Below, piece by piece: positions 37,832 through 47,561 of a DNA stretch of 57,549 nt. The notes under the pieces were generated by a model, which saw nothing but the letters and a program-made list of their open reading frames with translations, was not told the origin of the DNA and did not search any database. The position numbers were made by a program, and so were the translations under genes. Origin of the DNA: Rickettsiales bacterium (GTDB taxonomy: Bacteria > Pseudomonadota > Alphaproteobacteria > Rickettsiales > UBA3002); the NCBI GenBank assembly GCA_044341105.1, contig JBIISI010000001.1, positions 1-57,549 of the forward strand, read 5' to 3'. The first letter of the stretch is position 1. Each line of letters opens with the position of its first letter.

Positions 37832-38416
37832 CTAGCCGACGATGAAGCGGGCGAAATACTGGCGCAGGCGGGCTTCGCCTTCGCTGTCGAAGCGCAGCAT
37901 GATGTCCTGCACCATGCCGTTCAGGATTTTCTCGCGCTGCGACACGGTGGCTTTTTCGTTCACGGTCTGCATGCGCGATACATCCACATCCGCATCGGCG
38001 ATGGAGATGGTCTGCACGCCGTCATACAGCTTCATGGTCACGCGCACATGGGCGTCGTAGCGCTCGCTTTGCTGGTCGGTGAAGAAACCCTCGATTCCGT
38101 CTTTCAGCTTCAGGTCGGTTTGTTTCACGGCGGCGTCTTCGATGGTGATTTCGAGCGTGCCCGCCTGGCCCGCAGCGATCAGGCGCTGGCCGGCCCATTG
38201 GTGAATGGCAGTGGCGGGCGAGGTAGGCAGCGTGTGTTCGATATAAGGCATGGTCATGCTTGAGCGGTAGCTGTCGATGACCTTCACCTGCGCCACGTTC
38301 AGGCGGATGGGCGCGCGGTTGCTGAAGGTGATGGGGGCAGGGGCGCTCACCTGCGGCGCGTCTTCGCAGGCCGTGAAGGTGAGGGCGACCAGCGCCAGTG
38401 CGAGTAGTTTTTTCAT
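37832..38416 (-). CDS. Hypothetical lipoprotein
   Basis: MKKLLALALVALTFTAC has a lipobox-like signal. GGAGAA RBS. Its stop is 1 nt from the TauE start. The track ORF is over-extended upstream. Confidence 0.72.
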   Translation of the reverse strand: MKKLLALALVALTFTACEDAPQVSAPAPITFSNRAPIRLNVAQVKVIDSYRSSMTMPYIEHTLPTSPATAIHQWAGQRLIAAGQAGTLEITIEDAAVKQTDLKLKDGIEGFFTDQQSERYDAHVRVTMKLYDGVQTISIADADVDVSRMQTVNEKATVSQREKILNGMVQDIMLRFDSEGEARLRQYFARFIVG

Positions 38417-38465
38417 GGTTTTCTCCAATTTTTGAGCGTGAAATATAGACGGTTGCGCCAGCTTG

Positions 38466-39095
38466 TCACGTAGTTTGAAGCCAGGGCGGCGGTGCGCTGG
38501 TCTTGGCGTCCGGCGGGCGAATGTAATGCGGCATGGCTTCGGCGAGTGTGGCGGCGGGCAGTTGCGGCGCGATGCTGCACAGCGTGGCCGCCTGCGGGCC
38601 GGGCCGGTAATGGGGGTGATCCACGCCCACATGGTGGCCGTAGCAATCCGGCAGGTCGGCAAGCTCGGCGGGTTTGACCAGGCGAATATCGCCGGTGGGC
38701 GCGGTGCCGGAAAAAGATTGCACGAACAATTCGCCTTTGCCCGCATTTAGCGCGACATGGAAATGCGGTTGGTTGATTTCAAACGCCACGGCCTGCGGCG
38801 CGGTGAGCAGGCGAATGGGGGTGCCATGCGCCAGCACCAGCCCATGCAACGTGGCGAGCGCAATGCGCAGGCCGGTGAAGCTGCCGGGGCCGGTGGTGGT
38901 AACAATGGCCGCGAGCTCTTTATACGCAACGCCGCCTTCGTTCAGTACATCCTGAATGGCGGGCACCAGCAGCGCCGCCTGCTGGCCCTGTGCCAGCGCG
39001 CGCGTAAAAACCGTTCCGCCCACAGCCAGTGCCACGCTGGCCTGCGGCGTGCTGCAATCGAAGGCGAGGATGGGTTTGTCGTTGAAGTCGGCCAT
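38466..39095 (-). CDS. tsaB: tRNA threonylcarbamoyladenosine biosynthesis protein TsaB
   Basis: ILAFDCSTPQASVAL ... VTTTGPGSFTGLRIALA is the TsaB/YeaZ signature. The track ORF is over-extended. Confidence 0.85.
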   Translation of the reverse strand: MADFNDKPILAFDCSTPQASVALAVGGTVFTRALAQGQQAALLVPAIQDVLNEGGVAYKELAAIVTTTGPGSFTGLRIALATLHGLVLAHGTPIRLLTAPQAVAFEINQPHFHVALNAGKGELFVQSFSGTAPTGDIRLVKPAELADLPDCYGHHVGVDHPHYRPGPQAATLCSIAPQLPAATLAEAMPHYIRPPDAKTSAPPPWLQTT

Positions 39096-39140
39096 GGGGT
39101 GGGGTATGGCTGAGCGCCATTCAGAACACAAGAGGTAGAT

Positions 39141-39470
39141 ATGAGCGCTTTGGCATCCCAATCCTGCAAACCCTGCAACGCCGGCGACGGCAAACTGGCG
39201 GGCGCAGAAATCCGTAAATTGCTGGCGGAGCTGCCGGAATGGGAACTCTCGAGCGACGGCGGTACCCTCACGCGCTACATCGAATACAAAAGCTATCGTC
39301 AGGCGCTGGAAGCGCTGGTGAAAATCTCGGCCATCGCCGAGAAGGAACAGCACCACCCGGATCTTGGCATCGGCTGGGGCTACCTCGATATTTCGCTCAC
39401 CACCCACGCGGTGGACGGGCTGACGAAAAACGACTTCATTTCGGCGGCGAAGTACGACGAAGTGGTGTAA
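39141..39470 (+). CDS. phhB: 4a-hydroxytetrahydrobiopterin dehydratase (PCD/DCoH family)
   Basis: 109 aa. EKEQHHPDLGIGWGYLDISLTTHAVDGLTKNDF is the PCD motif. Confidence 0.88.
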   Translation: MSALASQSCKPCNAGDGKLAGAEIRKLLAELPEWELSSDGGTLTRYIEYKSYRQALEALVKISAIAEKEQHHPDLGIGWGYLDISLTTHAVDGLTKNDFISAAKYDEVV

Positions 39471-39491
39471 GGCGCGCGTCGCCCCGGAATC

Positions 39492-40901
39492 ATGACGAAG
39501 AAAGTCTACATTAAGACCTACGGCTGCCAGATGAACGTGTATGACAGCACGCGCATGATCGACGTGCTGGCACCGCAGGGCTATGTGGCGACCGACGCGC
39601 CCGAAGGGGCGGATCTGGTGATTTTGAACACCTGCCATATCCGTGAGAAGGCGGCGGAAAAAATGTATTCCGACCTTGGCCGGGTGCGCGCCGAAAAGCT
39701 GAAACAGGCGCGCGAGGGGCGGCAGATGCAGATTGCCGTGGCCGGGTGCGTGGCGCAGGCCGAAGGCGAGGAAATCATCGCCCGCGCACCGTATGTCGAT
39801 ATGGTGATCGGCAGCCAAAGCTACCACAACCTGCCAGAAATGATCGAGGCGGCGCAAACCGGCAAACCGGCCGTGGAGCTGGATTTTCCTGAAGTGCAGA
39901 AATTCGACCTGCTGCCGGAAACCCTGCAGCCGCAGGGCGTGAGCGCGTTTGTGTCGATTCAGGAAGGGTGCGACAAATTCTGCACCTTCTGCGTGGTGCC
40001 CTACACGCGCGGCGCGGAATATTCACGGCCTATCGATGCCATCGAGCGCGAAGTGCGCCAGTTGGTCGATCACGGGGCGATGGAAATTACCCTGCTGGGG
40101 CAGAACGTGAATGCCTATCACGGCGAAGGGCCGGACGGCAACGAATGGACGCTCGGCAGGCTGTTTGAGCGGCTCGCGCGCATTCCGGGCCTGAAGCGCC
40201 TGCGCTACAGCACCAGCCACCCGCGCGATGTCGATGACGACCTCATTCGCGCCCATGGCGAGATTGAAATCCTGATGCCGTGCCTGCACCTGCCAGTGCA
40301 ATCGGGCAGCAATGCCATGTTGAAGGCGATGAACCGCAAACACACGGCGGATCATTATATTGGCATCATCGAGAAATTCCGCGCGGCGCGGCCGGATATG
40401 GCGTTCTCCAGCGATTTTATCGTCGGCTTCCCCGGCGAGAGCGAAAAGGATTTTGAAGACACGCTGCGGCTGGTGGAAACGGTGGGCTTCGCCAGCGGTT
40501 TCAGCTTCACCTACAGCCCGCGCAGCGGCACCCCCGCCGCCAACAAAAACGACCAGCTCAGCGAGCGCGAAAAAGCCGCGCGGTTGCAGGTTTTGCAGGC
40601 CTTGTTGGTGAAGCAGCAAACCCGGTTTAACGAAAGCAAGATCGGCACGATCCAGCCCGCCCTGTTCGACCGCCCCGCCAAATGGGCCGGGCAATGGCGC
40701 GGCAAGTCGCCGTTCATGCAATCGGTGGTGGTCGAGAATACTGGGGATATTAATAATCGGCTGGTAGACGTGCAGATTACCGAAGCCTACGCTCATGTGC
40801 TGAAGGGGGTGGTGGTATCCACCCTTGAATCACGTCATCCCTGCGAAGGCAGGGATCTCGGGCCACGGGCGATGCAGATGCAGGGCACCGTGACGCCTTA
40901 G
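39492..40901 (+). CDS. miaB: tRNA-2-methylthio-N6-dimethylallyladenosine synthase
   Basis: MTTase N-terminal [12 protein letters not shown] and radical [14 protein letters not shown], then a TRAM domain. The last about 23 codons and the stop lie inside a REP element. Confidence 0.94.
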   Translation: MTKKVYIKTYGCQMNVYDSTRMIDVLAPQGYVATDAPEGADLVILNTCHIREKAAEKMYSDLGRVRAEKLKQAREGRQMQIAVAGCVAQAEGEEIIARAPYVDMVIGSQSYHNLPEMIEAAQTGKPAVELDFPEVQKFDLLPETLQPQGVSAFVSIQEGCDKFCTFCVVPYTRGAEYSRPIDAIEREVRQLVDHGAMEITLLGQNVNAYHGEGPDGNEWTLGRLFERLARIPGLKRLRYSTSHPRDVDDDLIRAHGEIEILMPCLHLPVQSGSNAMLKAMNRKHTADHYIGIIEKFRAARPDMAFSSDFIVGFPGESEKDFEDTLRLVETVGFASGFSFTYSPRSGTPAANKNDQLSEREKAARLQVLQALLVKQQTRFNESKIGTIQPALFDRPAKWAGQWRGKSPFMQSVVVENTGDINNRLVDVQITEAYAHVLKGVVVSTLESRHPCEGRDLGPRAMQMQGTVTP

Positions 40902-40924
40902 GTTCCTGCCTGCGCAGGAATGAC
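40834..40924. repeat. Composite family A REP element spanning the miaB 3' end
   Basis: Left unit GTCATCCCTGCGAAGGCAGGGATC (40834-40857). Right unit GGTTCCTGCCTGCGCAGGAATGAC (40901-40924) in inverted orientation. Confidence 0.8.
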
Positions 40925-40942
40925 CATTTAGGGAGAACGCCT

Positions 40943-41977
40943 TTGGCCAAGCTCGATAAAAAGATCGCCCGCGATACCCAGACCGTCAACGTTTTCTTCG
41001 AGCAGAACCAACATCTACCCCAGCTATACGGCGATCGCGATGCGCATCTGGAGCGGCTGGAACAGCTGCTGCATGTCGAGCTGGTCAGCCGCGGCAACAT
41101 GATCTCCATCACCGGCCATAAGCGCGATATCGATGCCACCGAGCAGGTGCTGCAAAGCCTCTACAAAAAAATCGAAGCGGGCGAGGATATCGGCGAGGCC
41201 GAAATCGACGCCGCCGTGCGCATGATGCCGCCGGTGAACGACAAAGCCCCGAAAAACCGCCATGGCAACGCCGAAGTGAGTACGGATGTCTATATCCGCA
41301 CCATGCGCAAAACCGTCACGCCCTACACCCATATTCAGGCGAACTACATCCGCGCCATGTATGATAACGACCTCGTCTTCGCCCTCGGGCCGGCGGGGAC
41401 GGGTAAGACCTACATCGCCGTGGCGATGGCGGCCTACATGTTCATGAACAAAAAGGTCGAGCGCATTATCCTGTCGCGCCCGGCGGTCGAGGCGGGGGAG
41501 AAGCTTGGTTTCCTGCCCGGCGACATGAAGGAGAAACTCGATCCCTACATGCGCCCGCTCTACGACGCGCTGTTCGACATGATGCCGCCCGAGCGCGTTC
41601 AGGAGGCGATCGAAAACGGCGAGATCGAGCTGGCGCCGCTGGCCTTCATGCGGGGCCGCACGTTCAGCAACGCCTTCGTGATTCTCGACGAGGCGCAGAA
41701 CACCACCCGTACGCAGATGAAAATGTTCCTCACCCGCATGGGCGAACGCTCGCGCATGGTGATTACGGGCGATGCTTCGCAGATCGATTTGCCGAAAGAC
41801 ATCAAATCCGGCCTCACGGATTGCATCCCGAAGGTCGAGAACATTCCCGGCATCGACGTGGTGCGCTTCAGCGACGGCGACGTGGTGCGCCACCCCATTG
41901 CCGCGAAAATCATCAAGGCCTACGATGACTGGGAAGCCAAAAAACAGAAATACAGCGAGCAGAATGAAGCCGAATAA
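40943..41977 (+). CDS. ybeZ: PhoH-like ATPase (YbeZ)
   Basis: Walker A GPAGTGKTYIAVA, ILDEAQN and the PhoH signature FLPGDMKEKLDPYMRPLYDAL. TTG start with GGGAGA 6 nt upstream. Confidence 0.9.
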   Translation: MAKLDKKIARDTQTVNVFFEQNQHLPQLYGDRDAHLERLEQLLHVELVSRGNMISITGHKRDIDATEQVLQSLYKKIEAGEDIGEAEIDAAVRMMPPVNDKAPKNRHGNAEVSTDVYIRTMRKTVTPYTHIQANYIRAMYDNDLVFALGPAGTGKTYIAVAMAAYMFMNKKVERIILSRPAVEAGEKLGFLPGDMKEKLDPYMRPLYDALFDMMPPERVQEAIENGEIELAPLAFMRGRTFSNAFVILDEAQNTTRTQMKMFLTRMGERSRMVITGDASQIDLPKDIKSGLTDCIPKVENIPGIDVVRFSDGDVVRHPIAAKIIKAYDDWEAKKQKYSEQNEAE

Positions 41978-42407
41978 GGTTGCGGTGCTTGCCGAAGATG
42001 CGCGCTGGCGTGGCCATGGGGCGGCGGTGCGCCGCGCTGCGCAGGCGGCGCTCACGCATGAGCGCGCGCAAGGCGGCATCAATGTGATGCTGGCCGACGA
42101 TGCGGCGGTGCGCAGCCTGAACCGCGATTACCGGGCGAAAGACAAGCCAACCAACGTGCTGTCATTTCCCGATGGTGAGCATGGGCATCTCGGCGATGTG
42201 ATTCTCGCCTATGAAACCATCGCGCGCGAAGCGGAGCAGCAGGGGAAGACGCTGCGCGACCACCTTGCGCATCTGGTGGTGCATGGGGTGCTGCATGTGC
42301 TGGGCTACGACCACGAGCAGGGCGAAGCCGAGGCGGAAGCGATGGAAGCGCGCGAGATTACCATTCTCGCTGGTTTAGGCATTGATAATCCCTACGAGGA
42401 ACGATAA
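41964..42407 (+). CDS. ybeY: rRNA maturation endoribonuclease YbeY
   Basis: HLVVHGVLHVLGYDH zinc motif. Start overlaps the phoH 3' end by 14 nt. Confidence 0.9.
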   Translation: MKPNKVAVLAEDARWRGHGAAVRRAAQAALTHERAQGGINVMLADDAAVRSLNRDYRAKDKPTNVLSFPDGEHGHLGDVILAYETIAREAEQQGKTLRDHLAHLVVHGVLHVLGYDHEQGEAEAEAMEAREITILAGLGIDNPYEER

Positions 42408-42416
42408 CATCGCGCT

Positions 42417-43346
42417 ATGAACCAGTCACCCTCAGTGGCTCCACCGGAAAAAAGCGACCTCGCGCCCGTCAGTAAGCCCGCCTCGGCTTACGATAAACAC
42501 TCGCGCCTTGCGCTGGCGGTAAAATGGTTCCGCCACAAGCTGGTGGGGCGCAGCGAAGCGGGCATTAAGGAAATCCTCGAAGAAGCGCTGGAAGAAGAGG
42601 CCGAGCATGGCCTGCGCATCTCCGACGAGGAGAAAAACCTGCTCAAGAACATGATCCATTTCGGCGAACTCACCGTGCGCGATATTATGGCGCCGCGCGC
42701 CGATATCATGGCGCTGTCGATTGATATGCCCTTTGATGAGTTGAAAAAATACGTCATCGACATCGGCCATACGCGCATCCCGGTCTACCGCGAGTCGCTC
42801 GATAATATTGCGGGCTTCCTGCATGTGAAGGATTTGTTCCCATGCCTCGCCACCGGCGAGCATTGCGATGTTGCAAGCATCCTGCGCGCCATTCTGTTTG
42901 TGCCGCCCAGCATGCGCATCGTCGACCTGCTGCTGAAAATGCGGGTGTCCGGCTGCCACATCGCCATCGTGGTCGATGAATATGGCGGCACGTCGGGCAT
43001 GGTGACGATGGAAGACCTGTTCGAGGAAATCGTCGGTGAGATTCAGGATGAACATGACGAGGCGGAAGGGACGCCGCTGCGCTGGCTGAATGAAACCACG
43101 CTGGAAGCCGACGCGCGGGTGCAGGTCGAGGCGCTGGAAGAGGCGCTGGCCGACAGCGTGAACCGCGACGACGAAGATGATTTCGATACGCTTGGCGGTT
43201 TCCTGTTTTCGCGGCTGGGGCGGGTGCCGGTGCGCGGCGAGGTGCTGACCTTCCACCCGCGCTATAAATTTGAAATCCTGGCGGCCGATCCGCGTCGCAT
43301 CCGGCTGGTGCGCATCACGCGCGTGGCCGAAACCGTGGCGGCATGA
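42417..43346 (+). CDS. corC: CBS-pair plus CorC_HlyC domain protein (CorC/YbeX)
   Basis: Tandem CBS domains followed by a transporter-associated C-terminal domain. Conserved position after ybeY. Confidence 0.9.
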   Translation: MNQSPSVAPPEKSDLAPVSKPASAYDKHSRLALAVKWFRHKLVGRSEAGIKEILEEALEEEAEHGLRISDEEKNLLKNMIHFGELTVRDIMAPRADIMALSIDMPFDELKKYVIDIGHTRIPVYRESLDNIAGFLHVKDLFPCLATGEHCDVASILRAILFVPPSMRIVDLLLKMRVSGCHIAIVVDEYGGTSGMVTMEDLFEEIVGEIQDEHDEAEGTPLRWLNETTLEADARVQVEALEEALADSVNRDDEDDFDTLGGFLFSRLGRVPVRGEVLTFHPRYKFEILAADPRRIRLVRITRVAETVAA

Positions 43347-43410
43347 TTTATCCCCATCCCTGCATTTGTAACTTTTCATTAACCCGCGAATTAACTAATC
43401 CCCGAAAGCG

Positions 43411-44967
43411 ATGACGGGGTTTACGCAACGGCTGCATTACAAGCTGCGCCTGCTGGATGAATGGCAGGCGTGGTTGGTGTGCTTTCTGGCTGGCGCGGCC
43501 AGCGCGCTCGCCTTCGCCCCGATGAACGCCTTTTATGTGCTACCGCTCACGCTGCCCTTGCTATACCTGCTGCTGGACGCGGCGAGCAGTCGCCGTGGTA
43601 GCGTGCTGCGCGGGTTTTTCTTTGGTTATGGCTATGCCATGGCGGGCACCTACTGGATCGCGTATGCGCTGGCGGTGGATATAGAGCGTTTCGGCTGGCT
43701 GATTCCTATTTCCACGCTGGGGCTAAGCGCGGTCATGGCATGGCCCTATGCGCTGCTTGGAGTGCTGTTCTGGTGGCGGCGCAGCGGCGATGCTTTCGCC
43801 GATCTTTTGCGCTTTCTGGTGCTGTGGGTGCTGCTAGAGTACGCGCGTTCGCTGGGCATGTTCGGCTTTCCATGGAACCTGCTGGGCTATGCCGCGTTGC
43901 CATCGCTTTCCATCAGCCAGTTGGCGGCATTTACGGGGCCTTACGGGCTGAGCCTGCTGGTGCTGGCAGTGGCGCTGGTGCCGCTGGCATGGATCAAGCC
44001 GGGAATTTCGCGGCGCATGGCCGGTGCGTATTCGCTGCTGGTGGTGGGGCTGCTGCTGGCGAGCGTTAGTATGGGTGCCGCACGGATCCCGCCAGAAGTG
44101 GAGGTGAGCGGCACTCGGCTTCGGCTGGTGCAGCCGAATATTCCCCAGCGCATGAAATGGACGCAGGAGGGCCGCATTCAGTCGCTGCGCGTGCATGCGC
44201 AGCTGTCGCAGCAGCCCAGTGAAACGCCCGACGGCATTCCGCCCACCATTATCTGGTCGGAAACGGCGATGCCGTTCACGCTCTACCCGGAAAGTGTATG
44301 GCCGTCGCGGTTGAGCGGTATGTTGCCGCCGGGGCGCACGCTGATTACGGGGGCCGTGCGCGCGGAAACGCGTGGGCTGAAACTGAATATCTGGAACAGC
44401 ATTGTGGTGATCGAAAACGGCATTCAGCGCGCCGCCTACGATAAGCACCAACTGGTGCCGTTTGGTGAATTCGTGCCGCTGCGCAGCGTGCTTCCGTTGG
44501 AGAAAATTACCCCCGGATCGATTGATTTTTCGCGCGGGGTGGGGGCGGGCTATTTCCGCCTTGGCGCGCTGCCGCCTTATAGCGCACTGGTGTGCTACGA
44601 GGTGATTTTCCCGTGGATTGCGATTGATGCCGGCCGCCGGCCTGCATGGCTGCTGAACGTGACCAACGATGCGTGGTATGGCGATTCTCCCGGCCCCTAC
44701 CAGCATTTTGCGACCAGCCGTTTCCGTGCAATTGAGCAGGGATTACCGATGGTTCGCGTGGCGAATACCGGCATTTCGGGCATTATTGATCCCTATGGCC
44801 GCGTGGTGCAGGCCTTGCCGCTGGGCACCCAGGGGGTGATGGATGGCAGCTTGCCGCAGCCCGCACCGGCTACGCCGTATGGCCGTTACCATGAATGGCC
44901 CATGGCGGTGCTGCTGCTAGGGCTATGGCTCGCCGGAGGCTTGCGCCTTTGGCTAAAAAAGAGTTAA
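43411..44967 (+). CDS. lnt: Apolipoprotein N-acyltransferase
   Basis: 518 aa. N-terminal multi-TM region plus a C-terminal nitrilase-like domain (LVCYEVIFP catalytic Cys context). Confidence 0.92.
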   Translation: MTGFTQRLHYKLRLLDEWQAWLVCFLAGAASALAFAPMNAFYVLPLTLPLLYLLLDAASSRRGSVLRGFFFGYGYAMAGTYWIAYALAVDIERFGWLIPISTLGLSAVMAWPYALLGVLFWWRRSGDAFADLLRFLVLWVLLEYARSLGMFGFPWNLLGYAALPSLSISQLAAFTGPYGLSLLVLAVALVPLAWIKPGISRRMAGAYSLLVVGLLLASVSMGAARIPPEVEVSGTRLRLVQPNIPQRMKWTQEGRIQSLRVHAQLSQQPSETPDGIPPTIIWSETAMPFTLYPESVWPSRLSGMLPPGRTLITGAVRAETRGLKLNIWNSIVVIENGIQRAAYDKHQLVPFGEFVPLRSVLPLEKITPGSIDFSRGVGAGYFRLGALPPYSALVCYEVIFPWIAIDAGRRPAWLLNVTNDAWYGDSPGPYQHFATSRFRAIEQGLPMVRVANTGISGIIDPYGRVVQALPLGTQGVMDGSLPQPAPATPYGRYHEWPMAVLLLGLWLAGGLRLWLKKS

Positions 44968-45058
44968 TATAATTATTAATTCCCTTGCGCGCCGAAGAGG
45001 GATTCTCTAGTGCTGCGCTTTTAATGAAACACTTAAACAGCAGCATTCGTATACCGCT

Positions 45059-45484
45059 ATGAGCACACCCCATCCCGTTGACGTGCATGTTGGCCGCCGC
45101 CTGCGCCTGAAGCGCACGATCCTTGGCCTCAGCCAGGATTCCGTTGGTAAGGAAATCGGCGTGACCTTCCAGCAGATCCAGAAATACGAACGCGGCATTA
45201 ACCGCATGGGCGCGAGCCGCCTGTATGATTTTGCCAAAGCGCTTGGCGTCAACGTCTCCTACTTCTTCGAGGGCTATGGCGATTACGCAATGGAAGAGGT
45301 AAGCAACTACGCGCTGGGCGAGCCGCCGAGCGCCGGGTTCGAGGGCGAAAAAATCAATAACCGCGAAACGCTGGAAGTGATGCGCGCCTATTACCGCATC
45401 AAAAGCCCGGCGCTGCGCAAACGCATCATCGAGCTGATCAAGGCCATGGCCGCCGACGACGCCGACGACAAAAAAGTCGGCTAA
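45059..45484 (+). CDS. XRE-family helix-turn-helix protein
   Basis: VGRRLRLKRTILGLSQDSVGKEIGVTFQQIQKYERGINRM is an HTH_3 motif. From memory, an HTH gene sits between lnt and metK in other alphaproteobacteria. Confidence 0.85.
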   Translation: MSTPHPVDVHVGRRLRLKRTILGLSQDSVGKEIGVTFQQIQKYERGINRMGASRLYDFAKALGVNVSYFFEGYGDYAMEEVSNYALGEPPSAGFEGEKINNRETLEVMRAYYRIKSPALRKRIIELIKAMAADDADDKKVG

Positions 45485-45643
45485 GCGTTCCCGCACCTTC
45501 GTACTTGCCTTTTGCACCGTAACGGTGAATACAGGATGCACTTGTGGGCATTTCGTGCTTGGCGGCCACTCTTTCCGGACTAAGCGAACTTCAGCAGTCA
45601 TGCGCGGCTGCCCATCCGTTTTCATTTAAGCCGCGATAGTTCT

Positions 45644-46831
45644 ATGCACGCCAAACGCCCCTATATTTTCACCAGTGAATCCGTTTCCGAAGGCCACCCC
45701 GACAAAGTCTGCGATCAGGTATCCGACGCAATTGTCGATGCCATTCTGGCCATCAACCCCGAAGGGCGCGCGGCGATCGAAACGCTGGCCACCACCAACC
45801 ATGTCAGCATCGCGGGGGAATATCGCGGGGCCGACAGCCTCACCCGTGGCCGCATGAACGACATCGCGCAGGACGTCATCAAGGGCATCGGCTACGATCA
45901 GGAAGGGTTCGACTGGCGTAAGATCGACTTCATCAACCATGTGCACGCGCAATCGGCCGATATCGCCATGGGCGTCGATGCGGGCGACCACAAGGAAGAG
46001 GGCGCGGGCGACCAGGGCATCATGTTCGGTTTCGCCTGCACCGAAACCGACGAGCTGATGCCTGCAACGCTGCATTATTCGCACCGCATTCTGCAAACCC
46101 TGTCGGAAGGCCGCCGCAGCGGCCAGTGGGCCGGGCTTCGCCCCGATGCGAAAAGCCAGGTGAGCCTTGAGTATGTCGACGGCAAGCCCGTGCGCGCCAC
46201 CAACGTGGTGGTGTCGACCCAACACAGCGCCGACATGGCGCAATCCGAGATTCGCGACATCGTGCGCGGGGTGGTGGCGGGTATCCTGCCCGAGGGCTGG
46301 ATGCCCGAGGAGCAAAACCTGTTCGTGAACCCGACCGGCCAGTTCATCATCGGCGGGCCGGATGGCGATACGGGCCTGACGGGCCGCAAGATCATCGTCG
46401 ATACCTATGGCGGGGCTGCCCCGCATGGCGGCGGTGCGTTCAGCGGCAAAGACCCCACCAAGGTCGACCGCTCGGCGGCCTATGCGGCGCGTTACCTCGC
46501 GAAAAACGTGGTCGCTGCCGGGTTGGCCGATCGCTGCACCATCCAGATTTCCTACGCCATTGGCGTGGCGCGCCCCATGTCGTTCTACGTGAACACCCAT
46601 GGTGCCGACCGCGTCGATCCGCAAAAGCTGGAACGCGTGCTGCAGGAGCTGGTCGATTTGCGCCCCAAAGGCATTCGCACCCATCTGCAGCTCAATCGCC
46701 CGATCTATTTGCCGAGCGCCAGCTATGGCCATTTTGGCCGCCAGCCGGGCGCAAATGGCGAGTTCAGCTGGGAAAAACGCGACCTGGTCGAGGCGCTTCG
46801 CCGCGAATTCGGCTTGAGTGCCGCCGCCTAA
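45644..46831 (+). CDS. metK: S-adenosylmethionine synthase
   Basis: [33 protein letters not shown] and [19 protein letters not shown] are canonical MetK motifs. Confidence 0.97.
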   Translation: MHAKRPYIFTSESVSEGHPDKVCDQVSDAIVDAILAINPEGRAAIETLATTNHVSIAGEYRGADSLTRGRMNDIAQDVIKGIGYDQEGFDWRKIDFINHVHAQSADIAMGVDAGDHKEEGAGDQGIMFGFACTETDELMPATLHYSHRILQTLSEGRRSGQWAGLRPDAKSQVSLEYVDGKPVRATNVVVSTQHSADMAQSEIRDIVRGVVAGILPEGWMPEEQNLFVNPTGQFIIGGPDGDTGLTGRKIIVDTYGGAAPHGGGAFSGKDPTKVDRSAAYAARYLAKNVVAAGLADRCTIQISYAIGVARPMSFYVNTHGADRVDPQKLERVLQELVDLRPKGIRTHLQLNRPIYLPSASYGHFGRQPGANGEFSWEKRDLVEALRREFGLSAAA

Positions 46832-46850
46832 GGCGCTATGTGCGCGCCCC

Positions 46851-47561
46851 ATGGCGTATTCACCTCCCAGTTTCCTAAGCTCGTTCGGTCGCAATCGTGG
46901 CCGTGCGCTGCGGCCCTACCAGCAATCGCTGGTGGACGATGTTTTGCCCACGCTTTCGCCGCGCTACGCGCCGGGCGAGGCAGGTGAGGCGGTGATGCGC
47001 GACTGGGTGGCCAGCCTGCCATTCGGGCAGTATCGCCGCATCGCGCTGGAGATCGGTTTTGGCGCAGGAGAGCATTTGCTGGCACAGGCCGCCCACCACC
47101 CGGACACGCTCTGGATCGGCTGCGAACCCTACATCAACGGCGTGGCCAAATGCCTCTCGGGCATGGCCGAAAAAAAACTCACCAACCTGCGCTTCTGCAC
47201 CTATGATGCCCGCCACCTCATTGCCGCGCTGCCGGATGGGTGTCTGGACAGCGTGTTTATCCTGTTCCCCGACCCCTGGCCAAAAGCCAAACACAACAAG
47301 CGGCGGCTGGTGAGCGTGGACACCTTCGCTATGCTGGCGCGTGTGCACAAGCCCGGTGGGCGCTTACTGCTCGCCACCGACCATGTCGATTATTCGGTAT
47401 GGATGCTGGAACATCTCGCCGCCACCCCGCATTACGAATGGCGCGCGCAATGCCGCATTGATTGGGAAACCCCGCCCGCCGACTGGACGCAAACCAAATA
47501 CCAGCGCAAAACCACCGCCGAAGGCCGACCGCCACTATTTTTCGAGTGCGTTCGCGCCTAG
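46851..47561 (+). CDS. trmB: tRNA (guanine-N7)-methyltransferase
   Basis: EIGFGAGEHL SAM motif and FPDPWPKAKHNKRRL, the TrmB signature. The track starts at GTG 46818; the first ATG is at 46851. Confidence 0.88.
   Translation: MAYSPPSFLSSFGRNRGRALRPYQQSLVDDVLPTLSPRYAPGEAGEAVMRDWVASLPFGQYRRIALEIGFGAGEHLLAQAAHHPDTLWIGCEPYINGVAKCLSGMAEKKLTNLRFCTYDARHLIAALPDGCLDSVFILFPDPWPKAKHNKRRLVSVDTFAMLARVHKPGGRLLLATDHVDYSVWMLEHLAATPHYEWRAQCRIDWETPPADWTQTKYQRKTTAEGRPPLFFECVRA

Noticed and set aside
45485-45643. Calling a SAM-II or SAM/SAH riboswitch upstream of metK as a feature.
   Set aside because: I could not reproduce either consensus from the sequence by eye. Only generic hairpins are visible. It is kept as a finding to test with covariance models, not as an annotated RNA.
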